DNA from: a virus
Taxonomy: Duplodnaviria > Caudoviricetes
IMG/VR virus record: IMGVR_UViG_3300022309_000005
Span: 1 to 64,000 of that record
Strand: one strand, 5' to 3'
Length of the DNA: 64,000 nt
Both the position numbers and the translations under genes were made by a program. Of the stretch, positions 15,885 to 25,852 are shown piece by piece (the stretch's first letter is position 1; each line of letters begins with the position of its first letter). Below the pieces are notes generated by a model that saw only the letters and a list, made by a program, of their open reading frames with translations, did not search any database and was not told where the DNA came from.

Positions 15885-16973
15885 CTACTGTCTCCCTACG
15901 ATGTCAACGTAGAAATTGCGGATGGATGTTGAGAAATTGATAGCGGTTGTGGTTGGTGGACCGCCAATTGTCGTCTGAAGGCCGTAAATCCTAATCTCAT
16001 TGAACGACGCTCCCTGGATTGAGCCGCCGTAGGTTTCGGCCCAACCCATTGCGCCGGTGGCGTATTGAAGCGCGTTGATTGAATGGTTGACGAGATCTGC
16101 CATTGGTCCGGCCAGAATGACCGACACGTAGGCCCCGGCGCCACCAATTGAGACGGATGCGATGTTCATTCCGCCGAGCAGCGAGACTCCTCCGACCCCA
16201 TCTGTCTGAATCCTGGCAAAAGCCTTGTGTGTGCTGGCGGGTGTGATTTTGTTGACGATTGCGACATTTGAGTTTGGGTTGGGAACCAACGACATGTCAA
16301 GATCGCCGTTTGACAGCGTGCATGCGTTCTGTCTGACGGCTGCTGTCGCGGCTGTGCCGTTGGCAAGCACGGCGCCAGCGAACCCGGCCCCGCCCGTTGC
16401 CTGGACGCCAGGCTTGCCCGCTGCGCCAGTGGCCTCGGCGGATGCGCCTTTCAGGTTTTGCGTCGCCTCGACGTTTCCGGTGATGACGAGCCCGGTCGAG
16501 GAGAGCGCGGCCTTCTTCGTCCCGAGGACGGAGAGCCCGAGCACGCCCGCCGCATCCTTGTACATGCCCGTGCCCTGCTCCGCCTTGAAGGTGTAGCTTG
16601 GAGTGGCGGCGAGCCCGTTCGGAGCCCAATACCCATCGGCGGAGTCAACGTTCCCTTCGTTGGTGCTGATCCCGACTCCGGCGATCTTCAGCTTCAGCTC
16701 TCCCGCAACGGCGACGCCGATCTCGTTCGCCGCAATCCGATACATGCCGGTGTCCGGATCGAGCCCGAAGGCAAGTCCGGGCGCGGCCTCTGTGCCATCG
16801 ACGATCTTCAGCGAGGCCAGCATCCCGCCCTGCCCGCTCCTGGACAGCGAATCGGTCAACGCCGTGGCGATGTCCGAAAGCGTCTGGTTCGCCCAGGTGG
16901 GCGTGATGGTCGTCCCATCGACAACCGGGTTGCCGGCCGGAAGTGTGTAGGTGCCGCTCGGGTTGCGCGCCAT
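15885..16973 (-). CDS. Tail fibre / receptor-binding protein
   Basis: MARNPSGTYTLPAGNPVV..TTI..WANQTLSDIATALT virion-attachment type N-terminus; Gly/Ala-rich; lower-GC variable C-terminus. Confidence 0.7.
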   Translation of the reverse strand: MARNPSGTYTLPAGNPVVDGTTITPTWANQTLSDIATALTDSLSRSGQGGMLASLKIVDGTEAAPGLAFGLDPDTGMYRIAANEIGVAVAGELKLKIAGVGISTNEGNVDSADGYWAPNGLAATPSYTFKAEQGTGMYKDAAGVLGLSVLGTKKAALSSTGLVITGNVEATQNLKGASAEATGAAGKPGVQATGGAGFAGAVLANGTAATAAVRQNACTLSNGDLDMSLVPNPNSNVAIVNKITPASTHKAFARIQTDGVGGVSLLGGMNIASVSIGGAGAYVSVILAGPMADLVNHSINALQYATGAMGWAETYGGSIQGASFNEIRIYGLQTTIGGPPTTTAINFSTSIRNFYVDIVGRQ

Positions 16974-16984
16974 GGTGTCGTCTC

Positions 16985-18739
16985 CTATCTCACGTTCCGG
17001 AGCGCCTCGGCAAGACGCCGCCGCCTGCGCCTCTCCTCGGGCTCACGCGGAGTCTCCTCCGGCTCCATCGCCAGCGCCCGCGCCATCGCCGAGCCCAGAC
17101 CCGCCCCGGTCGCCATGCGCTCGGCGACGGGCGTCATGGCCGCCAGCCTCGACGCGCCGAAGAGCGCCCGCGCGGCCGGATCTGCCACGCCAGCGGCCCA
17201 GGTCGAAGGGCCGCGACCTCGGGCGATGTTGAGCGCGGCTCGCCCGAACAGCGGGGCCGGGCTCCCTGTGGTGGTGGCCGCGGTCATCTCCAGCACGCCC
17301 GGCCCCATCCCGCGCCTGGAGGCCGCGGCAACGCCGCGCTCGGCCGCCTCGGACGCCTGGATCAGCCTGCCGAGCCGCTGCTTCGTCGGGATGAAGCTCT
17401 CCGCCGCCTCGACGACCTCTGGGGTGGCGGTTGGGCTGGATGCGGCTTCCATGATCGCCCGCTCGTTCGCCTCGCGCATCATGGAGGCGATCTCCTTGCG
17501 CGCTTCGTTGATCGCCTTGCTGTCGATCACCTCGTAGGCAACAGGCTCCTGGAGGCTGCGCTTCAGGCTCTCCGCCTGGCCCAACCCAAGCCTACCACGG
17601 CGCCCGAGCCCGGCCTGCTGACCGAGCCGCGCCTTCTCAACCGCCTGTTCGCCAGCCCGGACATACAGCTCGGGGACGGCTTCGATCATCGTCTGCGGGC
17701 GCAACTCTGCCGATCTGATGACAAGGTCTCGCGCCAGGATCCGTGCGTCTGGACCCTGGACGCCTGCCCGCTCGAGCGCATCGATGATCTCGCCGTAGGT
17801 CGCGCCCACGGCCTCCCGCTTGCTGGTGAGCCGCTCGAGCGCGCCCTGCGTCGTCCCGAACGGAACGATTCCGCCTTCGCGGATGGCGGCAAGGGCTACC
17901 TCGTCGGGGATCTTCCGAACGCCGCCACGAAGCTGATCCGCCCCGCCCAGCAGCGTCCGCAAGCCCCACTTCGCCGCCGACTTCTCCGCCGCACGGCCGG
18001 CCGCCCGAAGCGCCGCCGGGGCCGCCTTCCCGAGCGCAGCGCCGGCCAGACCTCCGGCGGTCCCGAGCGCCGCGCCGCGGCCGACCTCACGCAGGGCCTC
18101 CGGACTGCCCGGGGGCTCCGCGCTCGCGCCCAGGCCGGCCAAGCCCCCGGCGCCGCCCGCCGAAACCAGGAGGCGAGCGGCGTTCGCCGCCGGCGTCCCG
18201 CCCATGCCGGGCTGGGCGCCGGGGAGGAGCGCGGTGGCGAGCGAGCCCGCCAGCTCGCCGGCCATGTACTCCTGCGGGCGCTGCTTCTGGGCCTGGACGA
18301 GTTCCGTCCGCATCCGGTCCCGGAGCTGCTCGTAGGCGAGCGGATCGTCCCGGACCGCCGCGAGTTGCTGGGCGAGGGCCTCTTCTTTGATGCGGCGGAT
18401 CTCCGGAGTGTCGTCGGGCGATGGAGCGAACTGCGGCCCGAGCGTCACCGGCGGCGGCTGGAGTCCGGCCCCGGTCGCCAGCCCGGCCCCCAGCTCCTCG
18501 CCGAATCCGAGCGTCCCGCCCTGGGACAGGCCGAGGATCTGGGCGCGGTTCGGCGTGATGGCGCCCGGGTCGTAGCCCCCGGAGAGTCTGACGCCCTGCG
18601 CGTACGGATCCGGCGTCACGTCCGGCAGGCCCAGGGCCGCGGCCTCGTCCGGGGTGAGCAGGCGTCCGGGCGCGGCGGGCGGCTCGGTGTCCAGGCCCAG
18701 CGCCCGCGCTTCTTCTGCGGAGAGAAGTCGAGGGGGCAT
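16985..18739 (-). CDS. Large ejection (internal virion) protein
   Basis: Ala/Gly-rich, with QGGTLGFGEELGAG; third of three genes after the tail genes, as in P22-like ejection clusters. Confidence 0.6.
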   Translation of the reverse strand: MPPRLLSAEEARALGLDTEPPAAPGRLLTPDEAAALGLPDVTPDPYAQGVRLSGGYDPGAITPNRAQILGLSQGGTLGFGEELGAGLATGAGLQPPPVTLGPQFAPSPDDTPEIRRIKEEALAQQLAAVRDDPLAYEQLRDRMRTELVQAQKQRPQEYMAGELAGSLATALLPGAQPGMGGTPAANAARLLVSAGGAGGLAGLGASAEPPGSPEALREVGRGAALGTAGGLAGAALGKAAPAALRAAGRAAEKSAAKWGLRTLLGGADQLRGGVRKIPDEVALAAIREGGIVPFGTTQGALERLTSKREAVGATYGEIIDALERAGVQGPDARILARDLVIRSAELRPQTMIEAVPELYVRAGEQAVEKARLGQQAGLGRRGRLGLGQAESLKRSLQEPVAYEVIDSKAINEARKEIASMMREANERAIMEAASSPTATPEVVEAAESFIPTKQRLGRLIQASEAAERGVAAASRRGMGPGVLEMTAATTTGSPAPLFGRAALNIARGRGPSTWAAGVADPAARALFGASRLAAMTPVAERMATGAGLGSAMARALAMEPEETPREPEERRRRRRLAEALRNVR

Positions 18740-19846
18740 CTACTCCTCCACCCAGCCTTTGGCCGTCTTCGTGTACCGCTTCCCGCCGATGGTGCGCGTT
18801 TCGGCTGGCGTCAACGGTGGAGCGGCGAGGCCGAGATCCGGCAGGACTTCGGCCGGATCCAGGCCGGCGTTTCGGACGTAGCCGCCGAACTCCCGAGACA
18901 GCTTCAGGGCCGGCGCCGCCTGCGCCGTGTAGAGTCCCTGCCCGAGCCTCACGAAGGACGAGCGCTGATCCGGGGTCAAGAATTGGCCGTCGAGTGCCTT
19001 GTTGTAAAGGTTCTTGATCTGCTCCGGGATGCCAGCGGCGTTGCGGGCCGTCGCGTACTCGCCTTCACGGACTGCCGAGCCCGGGTCGAGCATCTTCATG
19101 TAGCTGAAAATCATCGCCATGTCGCCGGCCGCGTTGGACGAGGCGGCGCCGCGCTGGAGCTTGTCGAGCGCAACGCGCAGGGAGATCGCTTCCTTCACGG
19201 GTTGGAGGCCCATGAACTCCTTGCGGATGTCCTGGCCCAGCTTCGTCAGGTCCTCGCCCTTCTTTGTGGTCGCCGCCCGCTCGGCCGCCTCGAGCTTGCG
19301 CGCCGCCTGCCCGGCCTCGAACTCCTGCCCGCCGAGTCGCTCGCCGCGGGCGAACTCCTGCTGCTGGAGCCGCTGCGCGTACGGCCCGAGGAACGGATCC
19401 CCGGACACAGCGGCGGTCTGGATCATCCGCTGGCGCCCGAGCAGCGCATCGGCGAGGGCCTGTTGCCGCTCCTCCGGCGTCGCCTCCGGGAGGATGCCCG
19501 AGGCGTCCGGCGCGGTGAGGCCCTGGAGCGCCGCCGCTCGGCCGCGGGCCTGGGCGCGCTGGTTGGCGGCGATGGCCTCGCGCGCCTGGCGCTCTCCGAG
19601 GAGCGAGGCCCCGGTCTGGAGCACGTCGCCGATCCCGCCCAGGGCCGCGCCCCATCCCGTCGTGTGCTGGCGTCCGAGGCCCTGCCGAAGGGCCGCGGCC
19701 TGGGCGAGCTGCTGGCGCAGAAGCTCGTCTCGCCCCGCCAGCTCGCCGAGGTCGAGGACCTCCTCGTAGGGCGTGGTCCCGGGCACGGCCGGCGCCGCCC
19801 CGTAGGCTGGACCGCTCATCATCGCTCGGAGTCGCTGCGGCGCCAT
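18740..19846 (-). CDS. Ejection (internal virion) protein
   Basis: Position; 'AGDMAMIFSYMKMLDPGSAVREGEY' motif. Confidence 0.6.
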   Translation of the reverse strand: MAPQRLRAMMSGPAYGAAPAVPGTTPYEEVLDLGELAGRDELLRQQLAQAAALRQGLGRQHTTGWGAALGGIGDVLQTGASLLGERQAREAIAANQRAQARGRAAALQGLTAPDASGILPEATPEERQQALADALLGRQRMIQTAAVSGDPFLGPYAQRLQQQEFARGERLGGQEFEAGQAARKLEAAERAATTKKGEDLTKLGQDIRKEFMGLQPVKEAISLRVALDKLQRGAASSNAAGDMAMIFSYMKMLDPGSAVREGEYATARNAAGIPEQIKNLYNKALDGQFLTPDQRSSFVRLGQGLYTAQAAPALKLSREFGGYVRNAGLDPAEVLPDLGLAAPPLTPAETRTIGGKRYTKTAKGWVEE

Positions 19847-19847
19847 G

Positions 19848-20624
19848 TCAGAGCCCCAGGAGGAACGGGAGGAACTGGAGGAGCGCGCCGCCCGCCTGGG
19901 CGCCGCCGCCGATGGTGTCGGCGAGCATCTGCTGCTGTGACTGCCACCGGGCGATGTCCGCGTTGGACTGGGCGATGCCAGCCGGAAGGAGCTGGGCGCC
20001 CTGGGTCTGCTGGACGCCCGGCATGGCAAGGAAGCCCTGGAGCTGGGCCAGCTCCTCGAGCGGCTGAGCGCGGCCACGGAGGGCCTCGGCGAGGGCCTGC
20101 TGGCGGGCGGTGAGGTTCTGCCCGAAGAGCGCCTGACCGGCGGCGGTCCCCTGGCCGATGGCGGCGTTCAAAGCCGTCTGGTAGGCGTCCGTGCGCTGGG
20201 TCCCGAGCTCGCCCATGGCGCCGCGGTACGCCTCGGAGGTCGGGTCGAGCCCCTGCCCGAGGAGCTGCGTCCGGAGCGCCTCCTCGCGCCGCGCCCACAT
20301 CGGATCCAACCGGGAGGCCGCCTGCCCGTAGGCCGCCTCGATGGCCTGCTGTCGGGCCTGCTCGCCCGTGCCGAGTCCCGGGAGGCCGCTCAGGTCGAGC
20401 GGCTGGCCCAGCGCCGCCGCGGCCTGGCCGCCCACCTGCAGGGCCGCGCCGGCGAGAGGGCCGCCGAAGCCGGTCTGCATCGTCCAGCCGCCGCCCGGGG
20501 TCTGCTCCCAGGTCTGCGTCCCGAAGGGCGTTGTGATGTCCGGCCGGTTCGCCGCCGTGGTCTGCTGGGCCTGCTCGCGAGCCAAGCCCAGGAAATCCGG
20601 GGGCCTCGGTGCCTGTTGACCCAT
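19848..20624 (-). CDS. Small ejection / DNA-transfer protein
   Basis: MGQQAPRPPD...TAANRPDITTPFGTQTW; Gln/Ala/Gly-rich. Confidence 0.6.
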   Translation of the reverse strand: MGQQAPRPPDFLGLAREQAQQTTAANRPDITTPFGTQTWEQTPGGGWTMQTGFGGPLAGAALQVGGQAAAALGQPLDLSGLPGLGTGEQARQQAIEAAYGQAASRLDPMWARREEALRTQLLGQGLDPTSEAYRGAMGELGTQRTDAYQTALNAAIGQGTAAGQALFGQNLTARQQALAEALRGRAQPLEELAQLQGFLAMPGVQQTQGAQLLPAGIAQSNADIARWQSQQQMLADTIGGGAQAGGALLQFLPFLLGL

Positions 20625-20625
20625 G

Positions 20626-21042
20626 TCAAGCCGCCTTTCTGCGCTCGATCTCGGCGCCCGCAGGGAGCCGAAGCTCGAGGATGAGCAAGTCGTCGCCAGC
20701 CGCCCAACCGTCCGCAATCCGGCATTTTTCCACGAATCCCATGCGCTTGGCCAGTGCCACGGACCGCGCCCGGTGCGCCGGGACGAGCCCCAGGGCGAGC
20801 GAGCGTCCAACCTGGCCGAGGTACTCGAAGAAGGCCGCCCGGAGGGTCCGCGCCGCGATGGGGGCGTCGAGCGCGACGTGGCACTGGCACCCCGACTCCG
20901 TCCAGGCGTCGAAGGCAACCATCCCGCGGATCTCCCCGGCGGAGTCCACGGCGGCGATGGCACGGGCGCCGGCGGTGAACGCGTAGCCCGTCCGGCTGGC
21001 GATCCAGCCGATCTCGTCGGGCGTGGCGGCGCGAGCCTTCAC
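20626..21042 (-). CDS. GNAT-fold protein of the podovirus tail region
   Basis: IRGMVAFD...RSVALAKRMGF; lies between nozzle and ejection genes. Confidence 0.6.
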   Translation of the reverse strand: MKARAATPDEIGWIASRTGYAFTAGARAIAAVDSAGEIRGMVAFDAWTESGCQCHVALDAPIAARTLRAAFFEYLGQVGRSLALGLVPAHRARSVALAKRMGFVEKCRIADGWAAGDDLLILELRLPAGAEIERRKAA

Positions 21043-22607
21043 AGCGGCCCCCCGGTCGTAAAGGTGACGTCCACGCCCACCAGCGTGCTCCGGGCGATGG
21101 CATTCCAACGCACGGCGACCGCGGCCTCGCGCCCCATGCCGGACGCGCCCCTGACGGGCGCCGTGGTGAGGTAGTCCGGACCCCACTTGGACACGCCCCA
21201 AACGGCCGAGCCCCACGCGCTCGGGCCGCCGCCTCCAACGCCGCTCGGGCCGGCTGGCTCGTCCGTGGCGTATCCGTACCGCGCCACCGTCGTCGAGGCG
21301 ATGTTGGCCGCCCCGCCGACGAAGATCGGGCGGATCGTCTGGATCTGCTTCCACCGCTGATCGCCGAGGGTCTGGTAGGCCGTCAGGATGGAAGCCTCAA
21401 CCGGCGCCCCGTCGTCGAGCCAGTTGATGGTCCGGCACACCCGCCCGTCCGCCGTGCCGAAGAAGAGCAGGCCATCCCAGGTCGCCGCCGAGAAGATGGG
21501 GAGGCCCCTCCAGCGAGTGGCCGCGCCGGTGACCGTCGATATGGCGATCTGCTCGGTGGGCGAGCCTCCCACGGTCGGAATGGCGACAAGGATCGCGCGG
21601 TCCAACGGATGCAGGTAGAGCGCCCAGCCCCGTAGGGTTCCGCGCTGCGCCGCGAGCGCCGAGAAGATGGGGTCCACCCAACGGGTCACATAGATCTTCC
21701 GGTCCTGTGGATCCGACCCGAGCACGAGCCGGGAGAGCGGTAGCACGCCGATCAACGTCAACAGGAGCAGCTCTCCGCCGCTGTCCATGGCGATGGTCCG
21801 TCCGCGCGGCACACCCCCGGTGTACCAGGCGCCCTTGACGGCCCAGGTCGAAGCGCTCGCCGGGTCCGTGCCCTGGTACACAACCACGTCCCCGCCGCTC
21901 CCGACGATGACGAGCAGATCGTCCGGGCCGGCCCCGCCGTCGTAGCTCCAGGTCCACGCGCCGACGACGGTTCCGCCGTGCGGCAGGAGCGCGCCCACGG
22001 CGAACTTGACCGCCGTTCCGTAGATGGCTCCGGCCGGCAGATACCAGAGATTCGCGGTGTCGCGTTCGGCGAACCAGACGCGGCCCTTGTGCGTCGTCAC
22101 GAAGACGAGTTTTGACGGATCCACGCCGTTGATCTCGGTTGGACCCGCGCCGCCGTCCACCTTCGACCACGTCTGTGATGCCTCGGAGTAGATGTAATAT
22201 CCGTTCGCTTCGTCGCACGATAGCAGAAAATGACCAGCAGCAGTCACGCATCCGCGCGACACGGAATATCCAGAGTCCCCAGACACAACCGGGAAGACGG
22301 CGACTTGCGACGGTGGGCCGCCGTAGGCCGTGACGTTCCAGATTCCCGTGGCCGTGGTGGCAAACAGGCGATCTCCACTGGATGCCGCGGCGGCTCCGGC
22401 GAACGCCATCATGCTGCGCACTTCACCGTTCGCGCCTCCCGTCAAGCCGCTCAGCCACTCGTCGAAGCCGCTCCGCGCCCGCAGCCCGAGCTCGTCCGGG
22501 ATGGCGTTCCAGGCGTACACACAGCGATCCGCGCGCATCGCCCCGGCCGGGGAGACGGCGTCGATCCCCATGCTCGGCGCTGGGATGTTGGCGCTCGAGA
22601 CGGGCAT
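21039..22607 (-). CDS. Tail nozzle / DNA-stabilisation protein (P22 gp10-like)
   Basis: 522-aa beta-rich protein (HKGRVWF, LWYLP) downstream of the adaptor. Confidence 0.7.
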   Translation of the reverse strand: MPVSSANIPAPSMGIDAVSPAGAMRADRCVYAWNAIPDELGLRARSGFDEWLSGLTGGANGEVRSMMAFAGAAAASSGDRLFATTATGIWNVTAYGGPPSQVAVFPVVSGDSGYSVSRGCVTAAGHFLLSCDEANGYYIYSEASQTWSKVDGGAGPTEINGVDPSKLVFVTTHKGRVWFAERDTANLWYLPAGAIYGTAVKFAVGALLPHGGTVVGAWTWSYDGGAGPDDLLVIVGSGGDVVVYQGTDPASASTWAVKGAWYTGGVPRGRTIAMDSGGELLLLTLIGVLPLSRLVLGSDPQDRKIYVTRWVDPIFSALAAQRGTLRGWALYLHPLDRAILVAIPTVGGSPTEQIAISTVTGAATRWRGLPIFSAATWDGLLFFGTADGRVCRTINWLDDGAPVEASILTAYQTLGDQRWKQIQTIRPIFVGGAANIASTTVARYGYATDEPAGPSGVGGGGPSAWGSAVWGVSKWGPDYLTTAPVRGASGMGREAAVAVRWNAIARSTLVGVDVTFTTGGPL

Positions 22608-22610
22608 GGG

Positions 22611-23333
22611 CTACCCGTATCCCGTCGGGGGGAGGTTCTGCCAGTCGAGCAGGCGGAGACCTGGGCCTGGACGATCCAGCGGCAGGGCCGGGTGAGCCGG
22701 AATCGACGTGGCGATGGCGATCCGCTTCAGGCGCTCGAACTCGGCGCGCGCCGCCTCCGCCCCTGGGAGCTGTCGGCGCTCCCGGAACATGAAGATCAAC
22801 ATCGGAACCAACAGGGTCGCGTCGAAAAGAAGCACGTCGGTGTTGAGCGTCGGCGCGTCCTTGGCCGGCGTGGTTGTCGCCGCCAGGGCCACCCAGTGCC
22901 GCGAGAGGTACTCGTAGGCGATGGTCTCTCCGGCTGCTGGGGGCTGTGGCCAGAGCTCCACCTTGCCCGCCAGCGGCCGGAAGGTGGCGGTGTAGGCCGT
23001 GGCTCCCGAGGTGGCCTTGAGGTACTGCCAGATCTCCCCGTTGACGGGCTGCATCTGCACCTCGACGGAGCGATTCCACGCCGTCTGGGTCAGCATCCGC
23101 GAGAAGTCCGCCGGGAGGTTGTAGGACGTGTCCGTGGTGGTGGCGAAGCTGGCCTCGACCCGTAGCTGCACCCACTCGGCATCGAGCGCCAGCGCGCGCC
23201 CCCCGCTCTTCAGGAGGGCGCGCATCTGAACGATGGCTGGATCCGTTGAGCCGAACACGTCCGACACCGCCTCGAGTCCACACTCGACGGCGGCATCCGA
23301 GACGACTTCGGCGACGGTTCCGAAGAGCGCCAT
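22611..23333 (-). CDS. Head-tail adaptor protein
   Basis: Position; 'SYNLPADFSRM', 'IAYEYLSR.WV'. Confidence 0.65.
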   Translation of the reverse strand: MALFGTVAEVVSDAAVECGLEAVSDVFGSTDPAIVQMRALLKSGGRALALDAEWVQLRVEASFATTTDTSYNLPADFSRMLTQTAWNRSVEVQMQPVNGEIWQYLKATSGATAYTATFRPLAGKVELWPQPPAAGETIAYEYLSRHWVALAATTTPAKDAPTLNTDVLLFDATLLVPMLIFMFRERRQLPGAEAARAEFERLKRIAIATSIPAHPALPLDRPGPGLRLLDWQNLPPTGYG

Positions 23334-23342
23334 CGCGTCCGC

Positions 23343-24131
23343 CTACTGGGCGTTGACCAGCGCGTTCACCGTCGCCTGAAGCTCGGCGATGTCGTGGCGT
23401 AGGTTGGTGACGGCGGTCGTGGTGATGTTCTGCTTCGCCGCGAGCTGCGCGATGGCCGCCGTGGTCGGTGCGAGGTCAGCGCTTCCGGCGTTGGCTGCCT
23501 GGGTGACGGCGGCGATGATGTTGTCGCCGGGGTCCACGCCGCCGCTGCTGTCGGTGATGGTGGCGGCCGGCGTCACGGCGGCGATGGTTCCGGTCTCCGG
23601 ACCTCCGCCGCTGTCTCCGGTGAGCGCCGCCACGGCGTACTGGGAGGGGTAGGACGGGTACTGAAGCTCGAATTCTGCCAGCCCCTCGCCATCGACCGCG
23701 GAGGCGCCGCGAGCGTTCGCGACCTTGTCTCCGGGAGCGACTGCATCGTCGATGACGCCGGGCGTGGCGGTCGCGTAGACCTCGCCACCGTCGGCATACC
23801 CGGCCGCCGCCTTGCCAATGGCCTTGCCGGTGATCTGGTACCAGCCGAACTCGCCAGCACCACACGCCGACATCGCCACCGCCACCGGACCGGCAAAGGC
23901 GCCGCTGCCCTCGACGAGGTTGGTGGAGTGGTCATCCTCGAGGTAGCACGCCCAGGAGCCCACCGCGGTTCCGGCGACGCCCTTCAGGTAGATGAACTCG
24001 GCCGAGCCGTAGCTCTCGTCTCGGAAGGCGGCCCGCGTGCCGAGCGAGTGCTGCTGGGTGGTGGAGGACTGCTGGCAAGGCTGCAAGCCGAGCTGCCCGC
24101 CGTACTGCTTCCAGGTTCCAATCGTCGCCAT
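23343..24131 (-). CDS. Capsid decoration / head fibre protein
   Basis: Downstream of the capsid gene; 'GPVAVAMSA..AGEFGWYQITG' plus a C-terminal heptad-like segment. Confidence 0.5.
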   Translation of the reverse strand: MATIGTWKQYGGQLGLQPCQQSSTTQQHSLGTRAAFRDESYGSAEFIYLKGVAGTAVGSWACYLEDDHSTNLVEGSGAFAGPVAVAMSACGAGEFGWYQITGKAIGKAAAGYADGGEVYATATPGVIDDAVAPGDKVANARGASAVDGEGLAEFELQYPSYPSQYAVAALTGDSGGGPETGTIAAVTPAATITDSSGGVDPGDNIIAAVTQAANAGSADLAPTTAAIAQLAAKQNITTTAVTNLRHDIAELQATVNALVNAQ

Positions 24132-24152
24132 CGCGTATTCCCTTCTTTCGCC

Positions 24153-24803
24153 TTACTTCGTGGTCTTGCTGTCCTTCGGCCGCTCGGCAGCCGCCTTCTC
24201 GAGCGCCTCGATGCGCGCCATGAGCTGCTCGTTTTTCTCGCGCAGGTCCGAGAGCGGCGCCTCGCTGCTCATCGCCGCGAGGTAGTTCTGCGCCTTCTGG
24301 CGCTCGGTGACGATCCCGCGCCCCATCTGCTGGAGCGCCGAGTCCGGCACCGCCGCGAGCTGCTCGACCGTGGCGACGCCGAAGTGCTCCATCTCCTTCA
24401 CGCGCTCGGGCGGCAGGGCGCCCCACTTCTCCAGCGGCATCCCGGAGACCTGCTGCGCGCCGTTCCGGAAAGCCTCGTACTTCTCCGGGTACAGGTACGG
24501 ATCGAGGTTCGGCCGGACGGGGCGCTGCACGACGGCATCTTTGTCGCCGGGAGTGAGGATCTCGATGTACTCCTCTGGCTTGTAGATCGGCCGGCCGGCC
24601 GGCTCCACCCACCGCTTTTTCATCTCGCCGGTCTTCGTGTCCAGTTCCTCGATGTGGCCGCCGTACGTGGCCACCTCGTCGAGCTTCGAGACGTGGAAGA
24701 AGCGGACGAACTTCGCATCCGCCGGCTTGATGTCTCCTCGGCGGACGACTTCGAGCTCGTTGATGGCCGCGAGCGACGGCGATCCCAGCTTGAACGGCTG
24801 CAT
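24153..24803 (-). CDS. Conserved head-region protein
   Basis: YEAFRNG...GMPLEKW...GVATVEQLAAVPDS; near-identical at 60483..61133. Confidence 0.65.
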   Translation of the reverse strand: MQPFKLGSPSLAAINELEVVRRGDIKPADAKFVRFFHVSKLDEVATYGGHIEELDTKTGEMKKRWVEPAGRPIYKPEEYIEILTPGDKDAVVQRPVRPNLDPYLYPEKYEAFRNGAQQVSGMPLEKWGALPPERVKEMEHFGVATVEQLAAVPDSALQQMGRGIVTERQKAQNYLAAMSSEAPLSDLREKNEQLMARIEALEKAAAERPKDSKTTK

Positions 24804-24877
24804 GCATCACCTCGCGGGTGTTCGGGTGAAGGTGGGCAGGCCCGGCCACCCGTAACCAGGCCCGCCCGGTGCAACAG

Positions 24878-25852
24878 CTAGTCGCCCTTGAGCCGGCCGC
24901 AGTACTGCATGCCGGATCCGCAGAGGTTGCCGGCGAAGCCGAGGAACTGGGCCGTCGCGTCCTGGTTGTACGCGGGCCGCTCCTTCTGGCCGAGCGGGAC
25001 CATGTTCGTCCCGGCGTGCGGGCGCCAGCGGATCTTCATCGTGTTGATGAAGTACATGTCCGTCGCCGTGGCGAACCCGCCGACGCCGCCGTCGAGCACC
25101 ACGTCCGCGCCCATGTACTTGAGGGCCGGGAAGCCCAGCTCGCCCACGGCTGCCTGCGTGAACTGCTGGAGCACCTGGAGGCTCGCCAGGAAGGTGGCCC
25201 AGATGGTGGAGCCCGCGAGGATGAGGTCCGGCCTGTCGGTGCCGCGCACGCACTTCGCCCAGAGCGCGTTCATGCTCGCCTGGATGGTGCCGCTCGTCGG
25301 CGTCACGGCAGGATCCACGAGCTGGCTCCGCCACCACTCGTTCCCCGGGGTCGCCCGGTTGATGCCGCCGTAGGTGCCCACCGTGGGGTCCTGTGGGATG
25401 GCGATGTCGAGGCCGGTGATCGCCTTGCCGCCGGAGCCGGTGCCGTCCGAGTAGATGCCCTGGGCGATCTGGTTCGCCATCGTGGCCTGGGCGTTGCGCA
25501 CCTTGCCGGCGAGCAGATCGACGATCTGCGCCTTGCCGCCGTTCTGGATGCCCTCGAGGCCGGACATCACGACGCCCACCGCGTACTGCTTGATCGCGTA
25601 CTCGGCCGCGGTGAGGACCTCGGCGTTGGCGGTGGGGAGGACGTCGTAGCCGGAGAAGTACCCTCCGTTCGCGTTCTCCGTGTAATCCAACGGCTCCACG
25701 ATCTTGTACCCGCCGTCGAAGGTGCGCATCCGCCCCCTCTTCGACAGCTGGGCCAGGACGGCGTTGTTCTTCGTGACGTTGTCGGCGGTCTCTTTCGAGT
25801 GCGCCGCGAGGGAGGTTGCGAGGATCTGACCGTAGTTCGGATTGCCCGGCAT
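24878..25852 (-). CDS. Major capsid protein
   Basis: 324 aa after the scaffold gene; 'ADNVTKNNAVL', 'YSDGTGSGGKAITGL'. Confidence 0.85.
   Translation of the reverse strand: MPGNPNYGQILATSLAAHSKETADNVTKNNAVLAQLSKRGRMRTFDGGYKIVEPLDYTENANGGYFSGYDVLPTANAEVLTAAEYAIKQYAVGVVMSGLEGIQNGGKAQIVDLLAGKVRNAQATMANQIAQGIYSDGTGSGGKAITGLDIAIPQDPTVGTYGGINRATPGNEWWRSQLVDPAVTPTSGTIQASMNALWAKCVRGTDRPDLILAGSTIWATFLASLQVLQQFTQAAVGELGFPALKYMGADVVLDGGVGGFATATDMYFINTMKIRWRPHAGTNMVPLGQKERPAYNQDATAQFLGFAGNLCGSGMQYCGRLKGD

Noticed and set aside
15885-16330. Diversity-generating retroelement acting on the tail fibre
   Set aside because: No reverse transcriptase or template repeat in a full period; the differences include indels and are not visibly adenine-specific.
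16943-20113. 1056-aa plus-strand ORF and many other long antisense ORFs
   Set aside because: They shadow well-supported minus-strand structural genes, have Arg/Pro/Gly-rich composition and no motifs; long stop-free frames are expected at this GC content.
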